Assembly: GCA_030141605.1 (NCBI GenBank)
Contig: JAQGDQ010000074.1
Coordinates: forward strand, 496,001-560,000
DNA: 64,000 bases
From: Tubiluchus corallicola
Taxonomy: Eukaryota > Animalia > Priapulida
Direction of reading: 5' to 3'
Each line of letters opens with the position of its first letter. The first letter of the stretch is position 1. Positions 1 through 14,744 of the stretch are shown here, one piece after another. The position numbers were made by a program, and so were the translations under genes. A model generated the notes under the pieces. That model searched no databases. It had not been told where the DNA came from and saw only the letters and a list, made by a program, of their open reading frames with translations.

Positions 1-3000
1 ATAAATCGAAGATAAAGGTTTTTCTCGCTATCATCCAGCTGTAATTTTTTCTCACAATCTATGATGTCAACATATCATAAACTTACTAATTACATTACGC
101 AGAGACAAATTTGTTTCCTCTGATGTTTAATCACCTTCACTAATGCAGCGGTTCAACCCATTTTCAATTTTTTACACTGAAAATTTGCCCATTGTGACAC
201 AAATTGCCTGCTTCCTGTAGCTTAATTCAACTTGCTGAACTATTTTTTGTTCTTTGAACAAATGTGACTATGATAAAAGGCAGTTTTCATTAGTTTTTGG
301 AGTGCTTTGAACCTAAAATACCCCCTTTTACATTTGTATTCAAAAGTTTTGGCTTCACTGCGGTGCTTGTGCCTGAATAATTTTAATTGTATAATTTTAG
401 TAAATTACCGTATTTCGAATGTAATAATAGAAACACATATTTTATAACAAACTTAGTGACGCTGAACATTTCCTTACAATAATCATTTAATATAGCTGCT
501 TTCTAGTGTTAAACCAGCCCTAAACAGCTTAAGGTATTCTCCTCAGAGCTTTGTGTTAACATGCACGTGTACTAAGATGACCAACTGACATCACATGTCA
601 ATTTCTCTGATATAAGAACTTCCCTGAGTACAAATTATCCCGAAGATGTTTTAAACTTGAAACACATTGTAAATTTTCAGTAAATAACATATCGGAGGAT
701 TTTGAATTTTGAATCTAATTTCATAAAATGTGCGCATTATGAACGCAAACACTGTTAGATTTCACGCCATTTAGTGCTTAATTAGACCTAAACCTAAAAT
801 GTTCATGCAGCATAATAATAATTAAAGAAGCCATAAAACGCAACATTTATTACTCTTTTGAGAATAATTTTCAAATAATTTCAGAATCTTTCAGTTGTGT
901 TTGGCGGTTCTAAACTCGCTCCCCGTGCATTTCGGAAATTATGAAAGAAGTCTACTGCAATACTGTCAGTTATTAACTAGACTGAAAACAATTTATTATG
1001 ATCGGATAGAAAAAAAAGTTTAAAACCCATCACTTAATCATCTATTAGTAAAAATGTAGCATTAATAATAATTATTAGGTACATGTTTAAAATATTTATA
1101 AATACTTACAAAACGTGTGGTGCAAAAATCAGGGAAATCACATTATGGTAGGGATAATCATGAAATCGATTTTCGAAAACTAATATAGTGTACGGTTCAA
1201 AATTTTTACGGTTATATTAGCATTAAACTCTAGGTTAGCATTATCATAAAATAAAACTCATGCATAAAGGTTTGTGGATGGATCGAATTAGTGAAAGGTA
1301 TGTCAGATTGGTAAATGGTAGGTGAAGACGAGATGAGAATGTCAGTTTTTACTTTCAAATTAAAGGTGACAAACCAACCTCGATCATGTTAGACATCAAA
1401 CAAAAATAATTGAAACATTAAAGAAAAACGAATGATAAATACATCAGCGACCTAAATGGACGGCCGGCAATATTTCTGCTTTGCACAAAAAGTTCCTTAA
1501 ACAACCTGAGATTCGAAACTTCTACTAAATATATTTACTATCTACTAATGTTTACTTCTGCTAATATTTACAAAAAAAAATTAGCAAGACTTTTTAACGA
1601 AACAGCAAGGCTAATGGATGACTACTTTGAATTCTGCCACGGCACTACAAATAGTGGGAACAAGTTTCAAAACCTAAATCGGAGCGGCATGCGCAATTTA
1701 AGTAAATAATTGACTGATTATGGTTTTCACAGCCTGCCTTATTCTTATCGTAAGGGTATCTCAGCTAGCTGACGCCAGTGTGTATGCCCTGGTGTGTGCT
1801 GAAGCTGGTGTTTGCAATGAGAAAATGTTTTCTGTTTTTTTGTTTAAATTTAGAAGTTCATTGGTGTGAAGTTTTTGAGATATGATACTGCCAAAATACT
1901 TGAAGCTGTAATGATAAACAGATTAACTGAATTAACTGTTAAAACGAAAAACGAATTTACAAATGACATTGCGCGATGAATAATATTTCAATATATCTTG
2001 CCCATTAGGAAGTTGACACCGCACGATACTAATGCGGTAACATTGCCACAGATTTGTGTTGGAAGTGTGGAGACCAAAAATTACGCACATTTTGATACAC
2101 ATATTTGTTTTACGCTAAAGTAAACACCTACATCAATTTTGTATGGTCGGCTATAGTGAATGAATGGTGTTATCGATAATGTGCAATTTCATTGATTCCA
2201 TACTATGTATGATAAATGTTTGTTAATGAAAAGAAAGGGTCGTCGAGATAAAGCTTAAATTCAAAAAACAAAAAATGTAGGACCTATTTTACTTTAAAGT
2301 GCTTATGTCGCGATATTTTGTGATTAGTCTCGTTTTCTTTTCGGTAGACAGAGATTTCATTTGGAATGACCCATATTTTTCGATGACCAATCACTGACCA
2401 TCATTATTGGAGGTGACAGTAAAAAAGTTCTAAGAACTGTAGGATGAAATTTTAGCTAAATTCTAGCTTTGTAACCTTTTGATTTGGACAGCCAATTTGA
2501 TTCTAATAGCACATTTTCTAATCTAATTAGTAGAGCATGCAGTACTTGGTCAGATTATTGTACGAACTCCTGTGGTCCTAACTTGGGAAGAGCTATAATG
2601 GCAGCAACCGAGCTACAACAATTACATACAGCAATTACCGTTGAAATTAATGAACCACGCTTCATAATTACAAATCATAATTACGCGTAGAGAGTTACTT
2701 TTCGTGTAGCTAATTTCCTTGTAAAGGAAAATATGCTTATATAGATCTACTCGTGGGTCACGGAGTCCATTATATATCACCGTTGCTAGTACGTAGATAA
2801 GAATTATGTAAATATATCGTTATGCTTGGTTGTTCTTTTTACGAAATGCGTGTATTGTTAACCCACTAAGTCATCTTTTATTGCAAAAAAGCAATACCGT
2901 TAAATTTTAGAATAAGTTTAATTGTTTTTATTCAAAGTACCTTTCTGCCGATCCTTAGAGCTTTTCAATATTTCTGAGCTCAGCAAAAATTAAAAACGTT

Positions 3001-3769
3001 AAAATACCCCTACTTAAAATAAAACAACCACAATGAGTGTATAAAATATTTTCTAATTTAACTAACACTGCATTTTTTAACCGTGTCATGTACCTGAATA
3101 AAAACATTTTTAGCAATGAATATTATAAAACGGTAAATAAATGCAAAAAAGAAAGACATCTAAACCATAAAATCATAATCCTGTACACAATCAAAAACAC
3201 ATTAGAAACGTTTTCATTAATTTTTGGATTAAATAACATGATAGTATTTATAGTTTTGTCACGGATTTTCTGGTTTATAGTCTTTTAAGAAAATTATGAT
3301 GCTGCTAATATAAGATGCTGAAAAGTTTTCCATCCGAGCATTTAAGTCAAAGGATTAAAAATCCATTACAATAAAGTCACAAGATTAAAAGATTTTCACT
3401 AAACTAGTGATTTGTGCATTATTAATTCTTCATATACTTTTCAGAGCGTAAATGCATTAGAAAAAATCGACTTCAGTTTCTTAACAAACGATTCACAGTT
3501 AAAGTGGCTACATCTCTAGTAGTCAGTACCACAATTTATACTAAATTTCCTTTTGTTATACTAAAAAACGTGATCTCTGCCAATAGTGAGATTATGAGTA
3601 AAAGATTCCAAACAAAGGGCATATTTTTTCGAGTTACGCGTTGAATGTCGTTGGTCTTGTCCTTTAAGCTTCGCCATTTTTTTAGCGATTCAAGTATCAA
3701 ATGTATTCTAATGTTTACATTATTCACGAAGTCATCTTAAGTTTAGCACAAAATATTATCGTCATTGGT

Positions 3770-3975
3770 TTGAAATAATCATCACTGTCACCATTCTTCA
3801 CCGTCTTCTTCATCGTCATCGTCATTGTCATCAATATCATGCTCATCACATTTTTCCTCAACGTCATCATCATCATGACTATCACCATCATCAACAGCAA
3901 CAATATTAATATCAATTCTAGCATTGTCGTCACTGCCATCATGATCAGTGTCACCATTATCAGTAACAACAATGT
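3770..3975. repeat. Degenerate (ATC)n-derived low-complexity tract
   Basis: CATCATCGTCATTGTCATC-type trimers. Confidence 0.75.
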
Positions 3976-4107
3976 AATTTCATGGCACAAAAATCTCATC
4001 AGCACCTTCGTACCTTTACGTTGCCTTTATATATGTAGCGATTATATAAAACTAAGTACTGTATATATTACACAAATTCGGCTTCATTATTTGTAAAAGA
4101 GCCTTAC

Positions 4108-4310
4108 TTGCTTGAATATAGTGTAAACTTTAGTAGCATCGCAGTCAATGACGACATGCTGCTCTTTTCGCTGTTTTATTTCTTTTAGAATTGGCCTGTA
4201 ATCTTCCTCCTCGTCCTGACGGATCACACTCTTAAGACTCCGCACAGTGATATGAATTGGTTCGTCAGCAGCTGTGGGCACCGAAAGTAGGTCTTTTAAA
4301 CGGACTAAAC
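4108..4310 (-). CDS. Kainate-type iGluR coding exon 4 (amino-terminal domain); gene continues left of the window
   Basis: tttttttcag acceptor; encodes (G)LVRLKDLL...DYRPILKEIK...HVVIDC...IFKQ, then a GTAAGG donor. 203 nt, phase 1/0. No further exon was recognised in 1-4107. Confidence 0.93.
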
Positions 4311-4330
4311 CTGAAAAAAATCAATTGATG

Positions 4331-4465
4331 TCAGCCACTGTGATTTGACATTTACTGCAATAGAAAAGGCACAATCCCTGTTCACAAATATTTTTAAAGG
4401 GAATCAGCCACTGTGATGTGACATTACTGCAATAGAAAAGGTACAATAATCAGTATTCACAAACA
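4331..4465. repeat. Local tandem duplication, about 73-bp unit
   Basis: TCAGCCACTGTGAT(T/G)TGACATT(T)ACTGCAATAGAAAAGG(C/T)ACAAT..TTCACAAA starts at 4331 and again at 4404. Confidence 0.9.
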
Positions 4466-7379
4466 TCTGTGAACGAAACGTTTAGATGACAAAACTGACA
4501 GTGCCTAACAGAATTAAATATTGTTGCGGCCCAAAAATAGAACGTAGATATAGCAATAAAGACTAGATGAGGATAAGTCTTCGATATAGAGGCAAACTAG
4601 AGAAAAACTGCTCCACTAATTTTGTACCGCTATATTGAAATGTAATGTCTAAAGACACTGAATCACTATTCTTAACAAACAAAACGAAAAAGTATATCAT
4701 TAAACAAAAAACCTAAGAACCTAAGATTTCTGGCTGTTTGGGGCAACTTTACTCATCAAAACAAGCGCTTTGTGCATTAATACATTGTAATGTTAACTTA
4801 TTGGCTATCTTCTTCTGACGCTACTTCCGAGTCGGTATACAAATATTTTAATACTGACTCTAGGCAATCTGAACTCTCAGTTTCACGAGGACCTAATAAG
4901 TTCCTTGCTCACGGCCTGGCTAGCTGTATTCTCACGATTTCAACACACGTAGTACCTATGTCCTAGCTAAAACGTTTAACATTCCTGGTATTTTATAGAT
5001 GGCCAACACTACCATCTACAAAATGCTTTATTTCTTTTATGACCCACTTAAGAGCTAAAAGCTTAAAAGGAAAAGGCGTGCGCATCTCTTGAGGACTAGT
5101 ATAATGCACCATTTATTAGCGATTGTTCGTCGATAGGGTCATAATGCGGGGATAAACATTTCCCATTTAAGTGCTCTGGCATTAAAACTTGTCTTAAATT
5201 TTGCTGGAGTCTTCCTTCAGTGGCGAACACCATGCACTGAAAGCTTCACTCAACCGTGTGTGTGACTCTATGCAAAAGAAGATTCATTGATCTGTGATGT
5301 GTTTAACACTCTTCCTTACTGTAACTTAATGTGATCATTATAATAATGTCTAGGTTTCTATAATAGGTGTCCAACCAATGTAAGCTCATAGAAAAGTAAT
5401 AGAAGCCACAGTGGCTATAATGGTTTTGAGGAACTATTTGTGCACCCGACAAAAATCAACAGATTTTGATATACTGAGTAAAAAATGTTGTAGTTTTACA
5501 CTAATTTATACTAATGTAATTTTCACTAAATCAAGAAAGTCTTATGAAGGATCATACACTAAGGAGATGATTTGACATTTTCCAACAATTTTCTTCTTGA
5601 CGTACTTTATTATGGGGTGGTCGCTATGATCCCGACATCGAACCTTGATCCCGAAATTTCTTCGTATCCCAAATCCCGTTCCGCAACATTCAGTCCCATC
5701 CCAAACCCCGCTCCCGAACTTCTCATCCCGCCCCAACGTTTAGAAGTTTATAATATTTTAAAAACAACATTTCTTTCTGGTTTTTGAGGCACAGCTTCGT
5801 GAACCATTCGAAAAGTGAGCCATTTAACAAGTTATTCATCATTTAAATTTATGATAATTTGTTTTAATTGAGATTTTATTAACCATAACTGCATTGCGTG
5901 ACTGTCACAGCTTTTTCTTAAAACGTTTTATAAGTATTTTAAAGTAAAAACCTAATAGGAAGATACATATATAGGAAGTTCCTTCGGCCATATTTGAGTG
6001 TCACGCTTCTGGTGCGGTGCACTTTGCCAGCAATATTGGAACAATTTACGAAAGATATTTAGGTTTTTCTTGTCTCACTGTACTGCTACTAGCATCTTAA
6101 TTTCCATTCTACATATCGCCCAAATAGTTAATGCTTCTTAGTCAGTAGGCCTAATCATTGTTCTGTTTAATAATTATTTAAACTTCATAACAGGGAGATT
6201 ATTGTAAAGTTTATTTTACGTTTGTTTAACATAGAGAAGTTTCATGGTCAGTAAAAAAAGATCTGATTGTGTAAATAACACAGGAAAGTGAGGAATACAT
6301 ACTTATTGCTACTACATGGCTGATAAAAAATGTTTTATCGTTGACAGAATCACAGGGGAATTAATGCATTTGTAGCTGCCGGAATTAAAAAAGTTAACCT
6401 ACTTGATAATTACACCATATCATTATATCGAATTTTTCCGCTCCTCCTCCCACCCCAACGCATAGCTTGGGTGCATAGAGTGAGTTCTGAGCACGATGGG
6501 GGCGAGGAACTTCTGCATAGGTAAATTTGTACACAAAATGTTTTGTAAATGGTTGTACCGTTTGTATGTAAGTTACTGTGCAAGTAATTACTTCATATGT
6601 ACATATATACATATTGCTATATTATATATTTATGAAGGGGTTTATGTAATAAGTTCTATGTAATAAGTTCTACAAGCTGTCTCATCCGATTCCAATAAAC
6701 TGTATTTAAACTAACGATGCCAATAGCTTATCAAATTACTTTCGCATAATGAGCAGCTCTGGGCAGAGCATAATCGATGTTGTAACGACATATGGGCCTA
6801 TAAGTTTCCATTGAGAGCAGCATGGACCTACACCGTTCTAGTTTGATATACTGTAGTCCTGTAACACAGATTAATTCTTAATGACAAAAATAACGACAGT
6901 GAGCAAAAAAATCCCACAATTAAAAAAGGAAAAAGGACACAGCGTTTCGGACTACCACTGTAGTTCTTCAACAGAACATAAAAAATAAGAAAGAGAAAAA
7001 ATCACAAGAAATTACTAAAACTGCTGAACTTTTTTTGGGAGATTATTTTAGTAACCTATCTATGTACTGAACATTCACCGACATATCTACTATACTCAGC
7101 CATACCTTGCTCGGCCTTAAGCATTTTCCTCAGTCTCTTTTATTAGGATAAAGTTTTGCAAAAAAATATAAAATCTAAAAATTTAGGTGCTTCACTTTTT
7201 ATACCGTGGTCGTTCGTTTGATGCATCAGTCATCAAGAATAGTGAGGTCACCGGTGCTCTAGCTGTGGAATTTTAATATATGTCCCAATGCATGAACGTT
7301 CACCAGAACAATTACTGTATGTCAGATTATAAATCAGTAGAATAGACCGCCTTCTGAACCCATAAGTCATAATTCTTAC

Positions 7380-7631
7380 CTTCATTGTCCTCGTAAAGAA
7401 CCGTCATGCTGCCCCACTTCCAGTATTTGACAAGGTCGATAAATGCTCTACTGAGAGTTGTATAAAATGGGTACAAGTTGACAGAGTAATCGTCCCGGAG
7501 CATGCGATAATTCCACCTCGTCTCCAAGTGTGGCACTTCCATGGCATCACAGATTGATTGTACAACTGAACTACTCTCTATGGACTGTGGCCCGAAAATT
7601 GCTGCGACGCCACTAGATAATATGTTACAAA
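7380..7631 (-). CDS. Kainate-type iGluR coding exon 3 (amino-terminal domain)
   Basis: ctctttcag acceptor; encodes (V)CNILSSGVAAIFGPQS...VQSICDAMEVPHLETRW...SVNLYP...W...TVLYEDNE, then a G|GTAAGA donor. 252 nt, phase 1/1. GVAAIFGP and VQSICDAMEVPH are hallmark kainate-receptor ATD motifs. Confidence 0.96.
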
Positions 7632-8273
7632 CTGAAAGAGAAACAAGAAAGATATTCACGTCTTACTACATTCACTTAATGTAGTAATTCATCATAAAGC
7701 TACATTTCGCAATAAAATGGCAAGACAGAGAAATACATTCTAAGACTTATAAGTTGACAGCAATTTGCGAAAGGACTATATCTTGCAACTTGTTATACTA
7801 CAAGTTACAAATTCCCAAGCTCGTTCGTTTATGTGTTTCCTCGTGCCCTTGTTAGTTACCTCAGTTGGCTTTAGAAACCAGCTTCTCACTGAAGTACTCA
7901 TGAACCCTGCTTTTAAAACAAATCTGTAGGGGTTTCATTTACCTCACTGTAAAGAATTAGGCATGATTGAAATGTTTGCAGTTACTCTAGTACACCAACT
8001 GATCTGCTAAGACATAAAACAGACAATTATTCTGTTCCAATAAAAATACATGTTTTTCGTTTATTTCAAACGACAAAAATATTGGAAAACCATTTGCCTA
8101 AACAAGAGTTTTTACTTTTGAAAAAGCAACTCTTGTAAACTCCTTAATATCTTTCATCTTTAGGCAAAAGTAAGCTATAATGATATGTATGTTTGCATAG
8201 AGATTTTCTAAACTCAGCTAGTGGCGCATATGCGCAAATAACGTAAGCACTTCACGCCTCTTCAGAACAGCGT

Positions 8274-8360
8274 GTTATGTTCGTACAGCGAAACTACGCG
8301 CTCTGCAATGTATGCGGAAGATCCTTGATTCAAATCCAGGCTATATTCCGACTTTTTAAC
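8274..8360 (+). mobile_element. Degenerate tRNA-derived SINE head
   Basis: GCGGAAGATCCTTGATTCAAATCCAGG...TTTTTAAC aligns by eye with the reverse complement of 44561-44620. Confidence 0.35.
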
Positions 8361-9132
8361 ATTTTCTACCTTTCGGGTTTGGTGTCAAAATTTAATTAAT
8401 TGTTGGTTCGTACCATCACCGCTAGAATATTGCAAACCCTGCAGATTAATACCATTAGAAAATTTTGCTATTAGTTCTAACTCTCTTCTTTCAGACCTTG
8501 CTCGTTTTCGTAATAAAAAGTGTGACTTTTTGGTAATTAATACATAACAAATTGATTGCATAGAGAAAACGACGGTACAAAAACACCTCAATGTACAAGA
8601 GCAAAGAATCACCGCTCCTGATTCTGCAACTAACTTCCCTCCAACATTTTTCGCAGAAATTTATTCAAGAAAATTTTAAAACATGGCAATAATCTATGCT
8701 AATGAAACATCAGAGAGCGCGTAATCTTAGTGGAATTATTACAAGAAGTATTACTCCCGCATCTTTGCACTCAGAGAGACATCAAGGCATCCCGGATTAT
8801 TATGCACCCAAAACCCAAGATATTGCCAAAGCCTGTAACGAATGGTAGACCGTCTGTCATAAAATTTGAATACTAAGACAGTTATGGCTTCTCATGCATT
8901 ATAATGGTGCTTATACGTGTACTTATAAATAGCCGCAGACTCACGTTTATTTGCAAACTGAACAATATAAATGTCAGTGCAGTAATGCGATGTAACACAA
9001 CTTTTTATTTTAGCTATAACAGAAAAGAGAAGAACGAAAAATGCTGTTGCTTTCATTATAACATGTAAAATTGAATCACATGTTTGGGTCTGACACACAT
9101 ATATATTATACGTCCCAAATTGAACGAGTGAA

Positions 9133-9322
<190 letters not shown>

Positions 9323-12300
9323 ATAGATACAGCATACGATCTAATTAATTTGTGCTCTCATCACATAACTTTCACGGGAAAAGGTTTCACCTTCCTAAAT
9401 TGTCACTCGCGTGTTGCGTTCGTAGGAGACGTTCATATGTAATCCTACCGATGGACAGAAACTTAAGGTGATGGCAGATTTACCTAAAGTGCAGTTGTGA
9501 ATTTTTGTACGCACCAAAACGAAAATTGCGCGGATATTGAAAAATTTTATAGTTTTTCCATAAGACGGTGTAAAATGAGCACGAAGATCAACTAATATTT
9601 AAAGGTACACGAGCGTATATTAGTTCGATAGGTATTTTATTAGAAAGCGACACCAGCGCGTAAATCTTGTAAGTAAATTATGCTAGTATATAATGTATTG
9701 CATGGTGGCATCTACTGATGATAAAGGTGCGGAATTGTAATATGGTGTTCCTTTAAACGAGTTGAACGTGAGCTTTATTTTGAATAGCTATTATCTGTCA
9801 CAAAAAATTTGGCTTAACAATGAGTAAAAAGAAAGGCTCAATTTTAGTTCCGTCGGGTGAAAAAACAAAGAACTGCTTCAACAATAAAATCCATTTAATG
9901 CAGATTGTGCAGCAATCGAGCTGACAGAAAATGATTTTTTATCGATTTCATTTTTATGCGAACAGAAATATTTTCTGATTATCGCCGAGGGTACCCAGCT
10001 GGAGGTTGTTTAATGGCCTCTTTGGTCATTTATCAATCACCGAGGATACCATTCTGTCATATTTAAAGACTTTACTCAAGCAAACGAAACGCTTTGGTGA
10101 CATCAGAGAAAAAGTGCTCATACAGATAAAATCTGTCAACTCGAATTTCAATTATATAAAAGACTGTTGCTCGAAATGGGACCTAAATTTCCCTTTCAAA
10201 TTGCATTGCTATATATCAGATCAATATGTTCCTCGAATTGCTGTTGTTTATCAGCTCGAAATAGAAAAAGTCCGTTTAAGGAAAACTAGCAAGGAATCAA
10301 GACTAAATGATCTTCTTTTTATAGGGAACTATTTTTTAGGTATTTTAAACAAAAAAACATGATTTTTTTCTTTCAATATGATGTTTCTAGAGAGCTCGCA
10401 TCTTTTCTCTTTTGTTGTTCCTGTTCTTGGAGCCAACATCTTGGCAAACTGGTTAAGAAAAAAAGAGCAATCTTATAAATTGATTTAAGTGCTGCCTAGA
10501 CAATTATAGTACAGAATACTGTTTAAGAATACAAAATCTTTTGGAGAATATAAATAATTGATGAAATTAGACGACTATTTACAATACCAGAAACTTTGGT
10601 AACGTAACGTTGATTAGTCAGACAACTGAGTAATTCGGATGGAGTGTGTCAAACCAGCTATTATTTGCGGATTTACGGCATTTTTGTTTATTTGTTTATC
10701 GCCTTTTTATTTCGCAGTCAAGTTCTTTGCAGTGATAGCTGTAGTAATTGCTAATGTAATCAATTTGCGTTACAATAGTGACATTATTGTATTATTAGAT
10801 TAATGTTTTGTAGGAGTCCTTGTCCTACTGACACACCCCCTCGTCTTGTAGTTATGTTTCGAAGTACCTGCCATACCCGCCGCTTCTTTCAAACGTGTGA
10901 AACTTATACAGGTATAAAGTGTACACGATGATCTATCATTAGCTCATTAAGACTGCTAGGCTCGGGTTCCGCGTGCCCCCGTATGATACAATAAAGCCTT
11001 AGTCCGGCTCCAGGATTCTAGTAGTAAATTATCTGACAACATAGAACCCATGAGCCACATGTTACGCCTCTTTTAGGGCGGGCGTACCTGCCTTTCATGG
11101 GCTTTAAAAATCAGAGTGTATCGCCTATAAGCACAGCGTCACACGGTAATGTTTTTACAAAGACAGCAAAAGTTTTGTTTAGTTAATAAAACTAAGATAG
11201 TAATTAAAATGATGTTAGATTCAAATGCCAATAGACTAGATGAGAAGTATATTTTAAACCCTTGTTTTATTTACACATTCGCACGGATTTTCACCTTTAT
11301 CCCACATCTAGTATATTCATTTTAGCGTGTTCTCATAACTTCCTGTGCACCGTAATTACGAAAGCGCCGTTCCGGTATATCATGGCAATATCTTACATTG
11401 CCCATCTCAAGTTCCCTTTTCTTTTCGGACCCACTAGGGTATTAAAAAAGCCACGCCACCTAACAAGCCACGTCATCTAAGGCAGACACAAATACAAGCA
11501 GGGTAGAACTAAACTTTGGATCACAAACAATTTGGTCAACTGAACAAACGTGGTTGAGAATGCGACCTAATTAGCTGTTTAGAAATAACAGCTTTCCACA
11601 TTTTAAAAACGCATAGTTACTTATTTATAATTTTAATTGCAAGATTATAAGTTGTTTTATAACAAAATACGAAAAAATCTAGACTAAGACTAAGCCAGAA
11701 TTTGGACAACGGACCTACCAGTCCAACCCCCTTTAAATTTGACTAACAGAAACGAAAGATGAAGACAATGAATCAAGGACGGTTTGAAGGACTCCTCGTC
11801 TGGTTTAGCACACTAAACTTGTAATCCAAAGGTCCTGGTACAAATCGAGTCTTATTTTAACTTTTTCGCATCTCTCTTCTTTTGACTTTAAAAAGTTTAC
11901 AATTGTGAGTTCGTTTCAACAAAAACGCTACTATTTGAAAAAATCATCCTTAAAACAACTTCAGTCTGAGAACTATGTGAAATCCGCAAAAAAGAAAAAC
12001 GTGGCGATTCATTGATGTAAAGCATTTACTGCTGCATTTTTGAATTCGTCAGAATTAATTCTTGGAGATTTGCTGCATAATCATAAAAATATATTATACA
12101 CTAGAGTATAATCACATTTTTCTGAATAACGTCAAAATTTAATGGCGTTCACTCCAGCCAGTGCTGCAAAGAAATCTTTGACAAATTCTTGTCGATTAAG
12201 TTCTGCCATATTGCTATGCAGGATCAAGATTCGTTTTATTGAATATCATCCCGCCACAAGCAGTGGTGATTTGCGGAAAGCACGTTATTTGAATAGCACA

Positions 12301-12667
12301 CAAGTCGTTGAAGTGAAATCAGTCACATTACGCAAACATAGCTTTCATGGAGAGTAATTGAACATTTCCAAACTCATACCAAAGTTCTCCCTCCGGAGTT
12401 CGAATCCCAAAACTGCTTCTAGAACTTGCGGTTTGCAACCTGTTTTTACATTGTATATATGACTCCATACAACTTCACACAATCTTATTGCTCACCGGGT
12501 AATCTTACACATTTTTAAACATGCCTATTGTCTTCCCACATATAAAATACGGATTTAGGTAACGAAAGCAAAAATAATAAAAACAACGACAGAAAAGAGA
12601 AGTAGGAAAGAAAAATGGAAAACAGCCATTGTCATAACAAAAGAGATAAAGAAAAAATCAACGGTAA

Positions 12668-13598
12668 TAGGAGATACCGGGGCTGGATGTAACACTAGTA
12701 AGTTGAAACAGCTAATATATCTACGTTACCATTGTCTACGGGTTCATTGGCAGACTAGGTAACAATGACCTTTTGGCACCTTTCTACTACATGCATGTCA
12801 TTGATGACGAGTTTAGTGCAGCAAAGAACTGAGCACAAGGCGATTTTAACAGCTGAAAGTAAATGTTTGCTTTTTTGGAATAGTTAATCTATTAATTAGA
12901 GTACGCTATTTTCAAATTTTATTAAATGGTAAATAAGAAAGTACTGGCCTTCAACTACACTATGCTATAAAAATTTTTAAAACACTGATATATTTTTTAA
13001 ATTATGGTTCATCAGTAAAAAAAAGTCCTGTTGGGGTCAGTTGTAACGCGATTGTTTAAACATGGCCATTAATATACATGCCACAATTGCGATTCCGACG
13101 ATTGCAGTTACTAATCCATCACTTATCAGCAATTACCATTAATTTTGATCAACACTTGTTTATCGGAATTAAAATTTATTACCAGATATTAAGTTCAATA
13201 AAGTCGTTGTAAATATTAAATCAGTATCTTTATCAGTACAACATGAATGAAACTACAGTATTCTGAAACGACCGCCATGTTGTACTTATGTATTGGCTTG
13301 CTTCTTTAATTAAGCGTACTATTGAATAGGTTCATTGAAAAAAATCTTGCCAGATAACTGAATATAACTACTACTGTTTCACATTGCCCCAGGCTGTGTT
13401 ACGACATATCCCGAGTGAGGGGTTTGTTGTTACATTTTCAGTTTTCTTGATATCGTAATCTCTTACAACGTTGATGACTTCGCATGTAGAGGGCTTTGTG
13501 TACTTTGTCCGGTACTAATCTATGACACAGTCTCTAAGCGTGTATGTATTCACAAGAGAAAATATAGGAAATGTTACAACCATCCCCGGTCTCCCCTA
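12668..13598. mobile_element. Non-autonomous TIR element with probable TA target duplication (Tc1/mariner-pogo-like MITE)
   Basis: The left end TAGGAGATACCGGGGCTGGATGTAACA matches the right-end reverse complement TAGGGGAGACCGGGGATGGTTGTAACA at 23 of 27 positions. TIR-like internal copies occur near 13033 and 13375-13413. Confidence 0.75.
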
Positions 13599-14610
13599 TA
13601 GATGTTTCGCATTTTCAAACCACATACGAAGAAATCTTACCAATAAATTCAAAGTTGATGCCGCTAGTTGTAGTAAAAATAATAATAAACAAGTTCAAGA
13701 GGTGAGCTAAAACATTCCAGAATGAACGGTCTAGCATATGCATGCCATTAAGGCTGAGCCTAATAGAGACATACAATTCTATGCAATTCGACAGCAACAA
13801 CCTGTCAAATACAAGAATGTAAAAACGCAAGGGCAAAAGTAAAGAGCGCGATAATAAAGACAACAGCGGAAAATTCATCTTAAGTATGCAAAGTTAAAAA
13901 AGACAACAGGTAAAAAGCCAAAAGTAAAGTGGCAAATAGGATTAAAATATTTTCGTGTGATGTCGTATCATCTCATTCTATCCAGTCCTAATACATCCTG
14001 TCATACCTCACTTTTAAAATCTTTTAAAATTTTGAAACTACTACTTCTGCTTGATTTACGATTGCAAATAGGTTTGGTAAAAGCAAAGTTTACGGTTTCC
14101 ACCATCTAAGAAATCCACTCAGCGGTGTCATTCACCAATTGATAATTTCCGTCAGATTTAAAATCAACATTTTTTTCGTCTTTGTGGTTGCTATTACCAT
14201 ACGCCAGCAAACATGAGTTTTAAACAAATACCACAAACAAAACAAAAAATAAGTGAAAGGCAGCTGTAAAACATGTGCACTGAGACTGACTGAGCTTCAA
14301 ACTTTTTGCACTCTATGTACTGTAAATGACCAGGCAACAAAACGAAATGATGCAAACAAGGTGTTAACAGTACTATAACACCACTAATTAATTTAAATTA
14401 TAATCACAGCGTTAAATTTAATAAATTCTGTTTGCTGTGAAATATAGCTTTGTTCGTTCTTCCAGTTAATGTGAAAGTTTTTGTTTGAGGAAAAGGTGAT
14501 ATGAAAAGTAATGATGCTGATTATTGTTTAGATTTGATACGATACGGCACCATCTAACACGATACATTGCGGTAAAATGCAGATATGACGATACGATGCA
14601 GATATGACAC

Positions 14611-14744
14611 GAAACGATACGATACGATGTGATACGATACGATACGATACGATACGATACGATACGATACGATACGATACGATACGATACGATACGATAC
14701 GATACGATACGATACGATACGATACGATACGATACGATACGATA
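14611..14744. repeat. Pentanucleotide microsatellite (GATAC)n
   Basis: More than 20 perfect units with degenerate flanks back to about 14536. Confidence 0.98.

Noticed and set aside
1-4107. Search for iGluR exon 5 (expected roughly AxxxGMxxxYxxYxxTxL)
   Set aside because: No matching exon was recognised; it presumably lies left of the window, though a short diverged exon could have been missed.
10006-10362. 118-aa ORF in iGluR intron 2
   Set aside because: Non-ATG start and no recognisable motif; cannot be supported as coding.
10810-11041. Possible solo LTR (TG...AATAAA...CA)
   Set aside because: No target-site duplication or second copy could be found.
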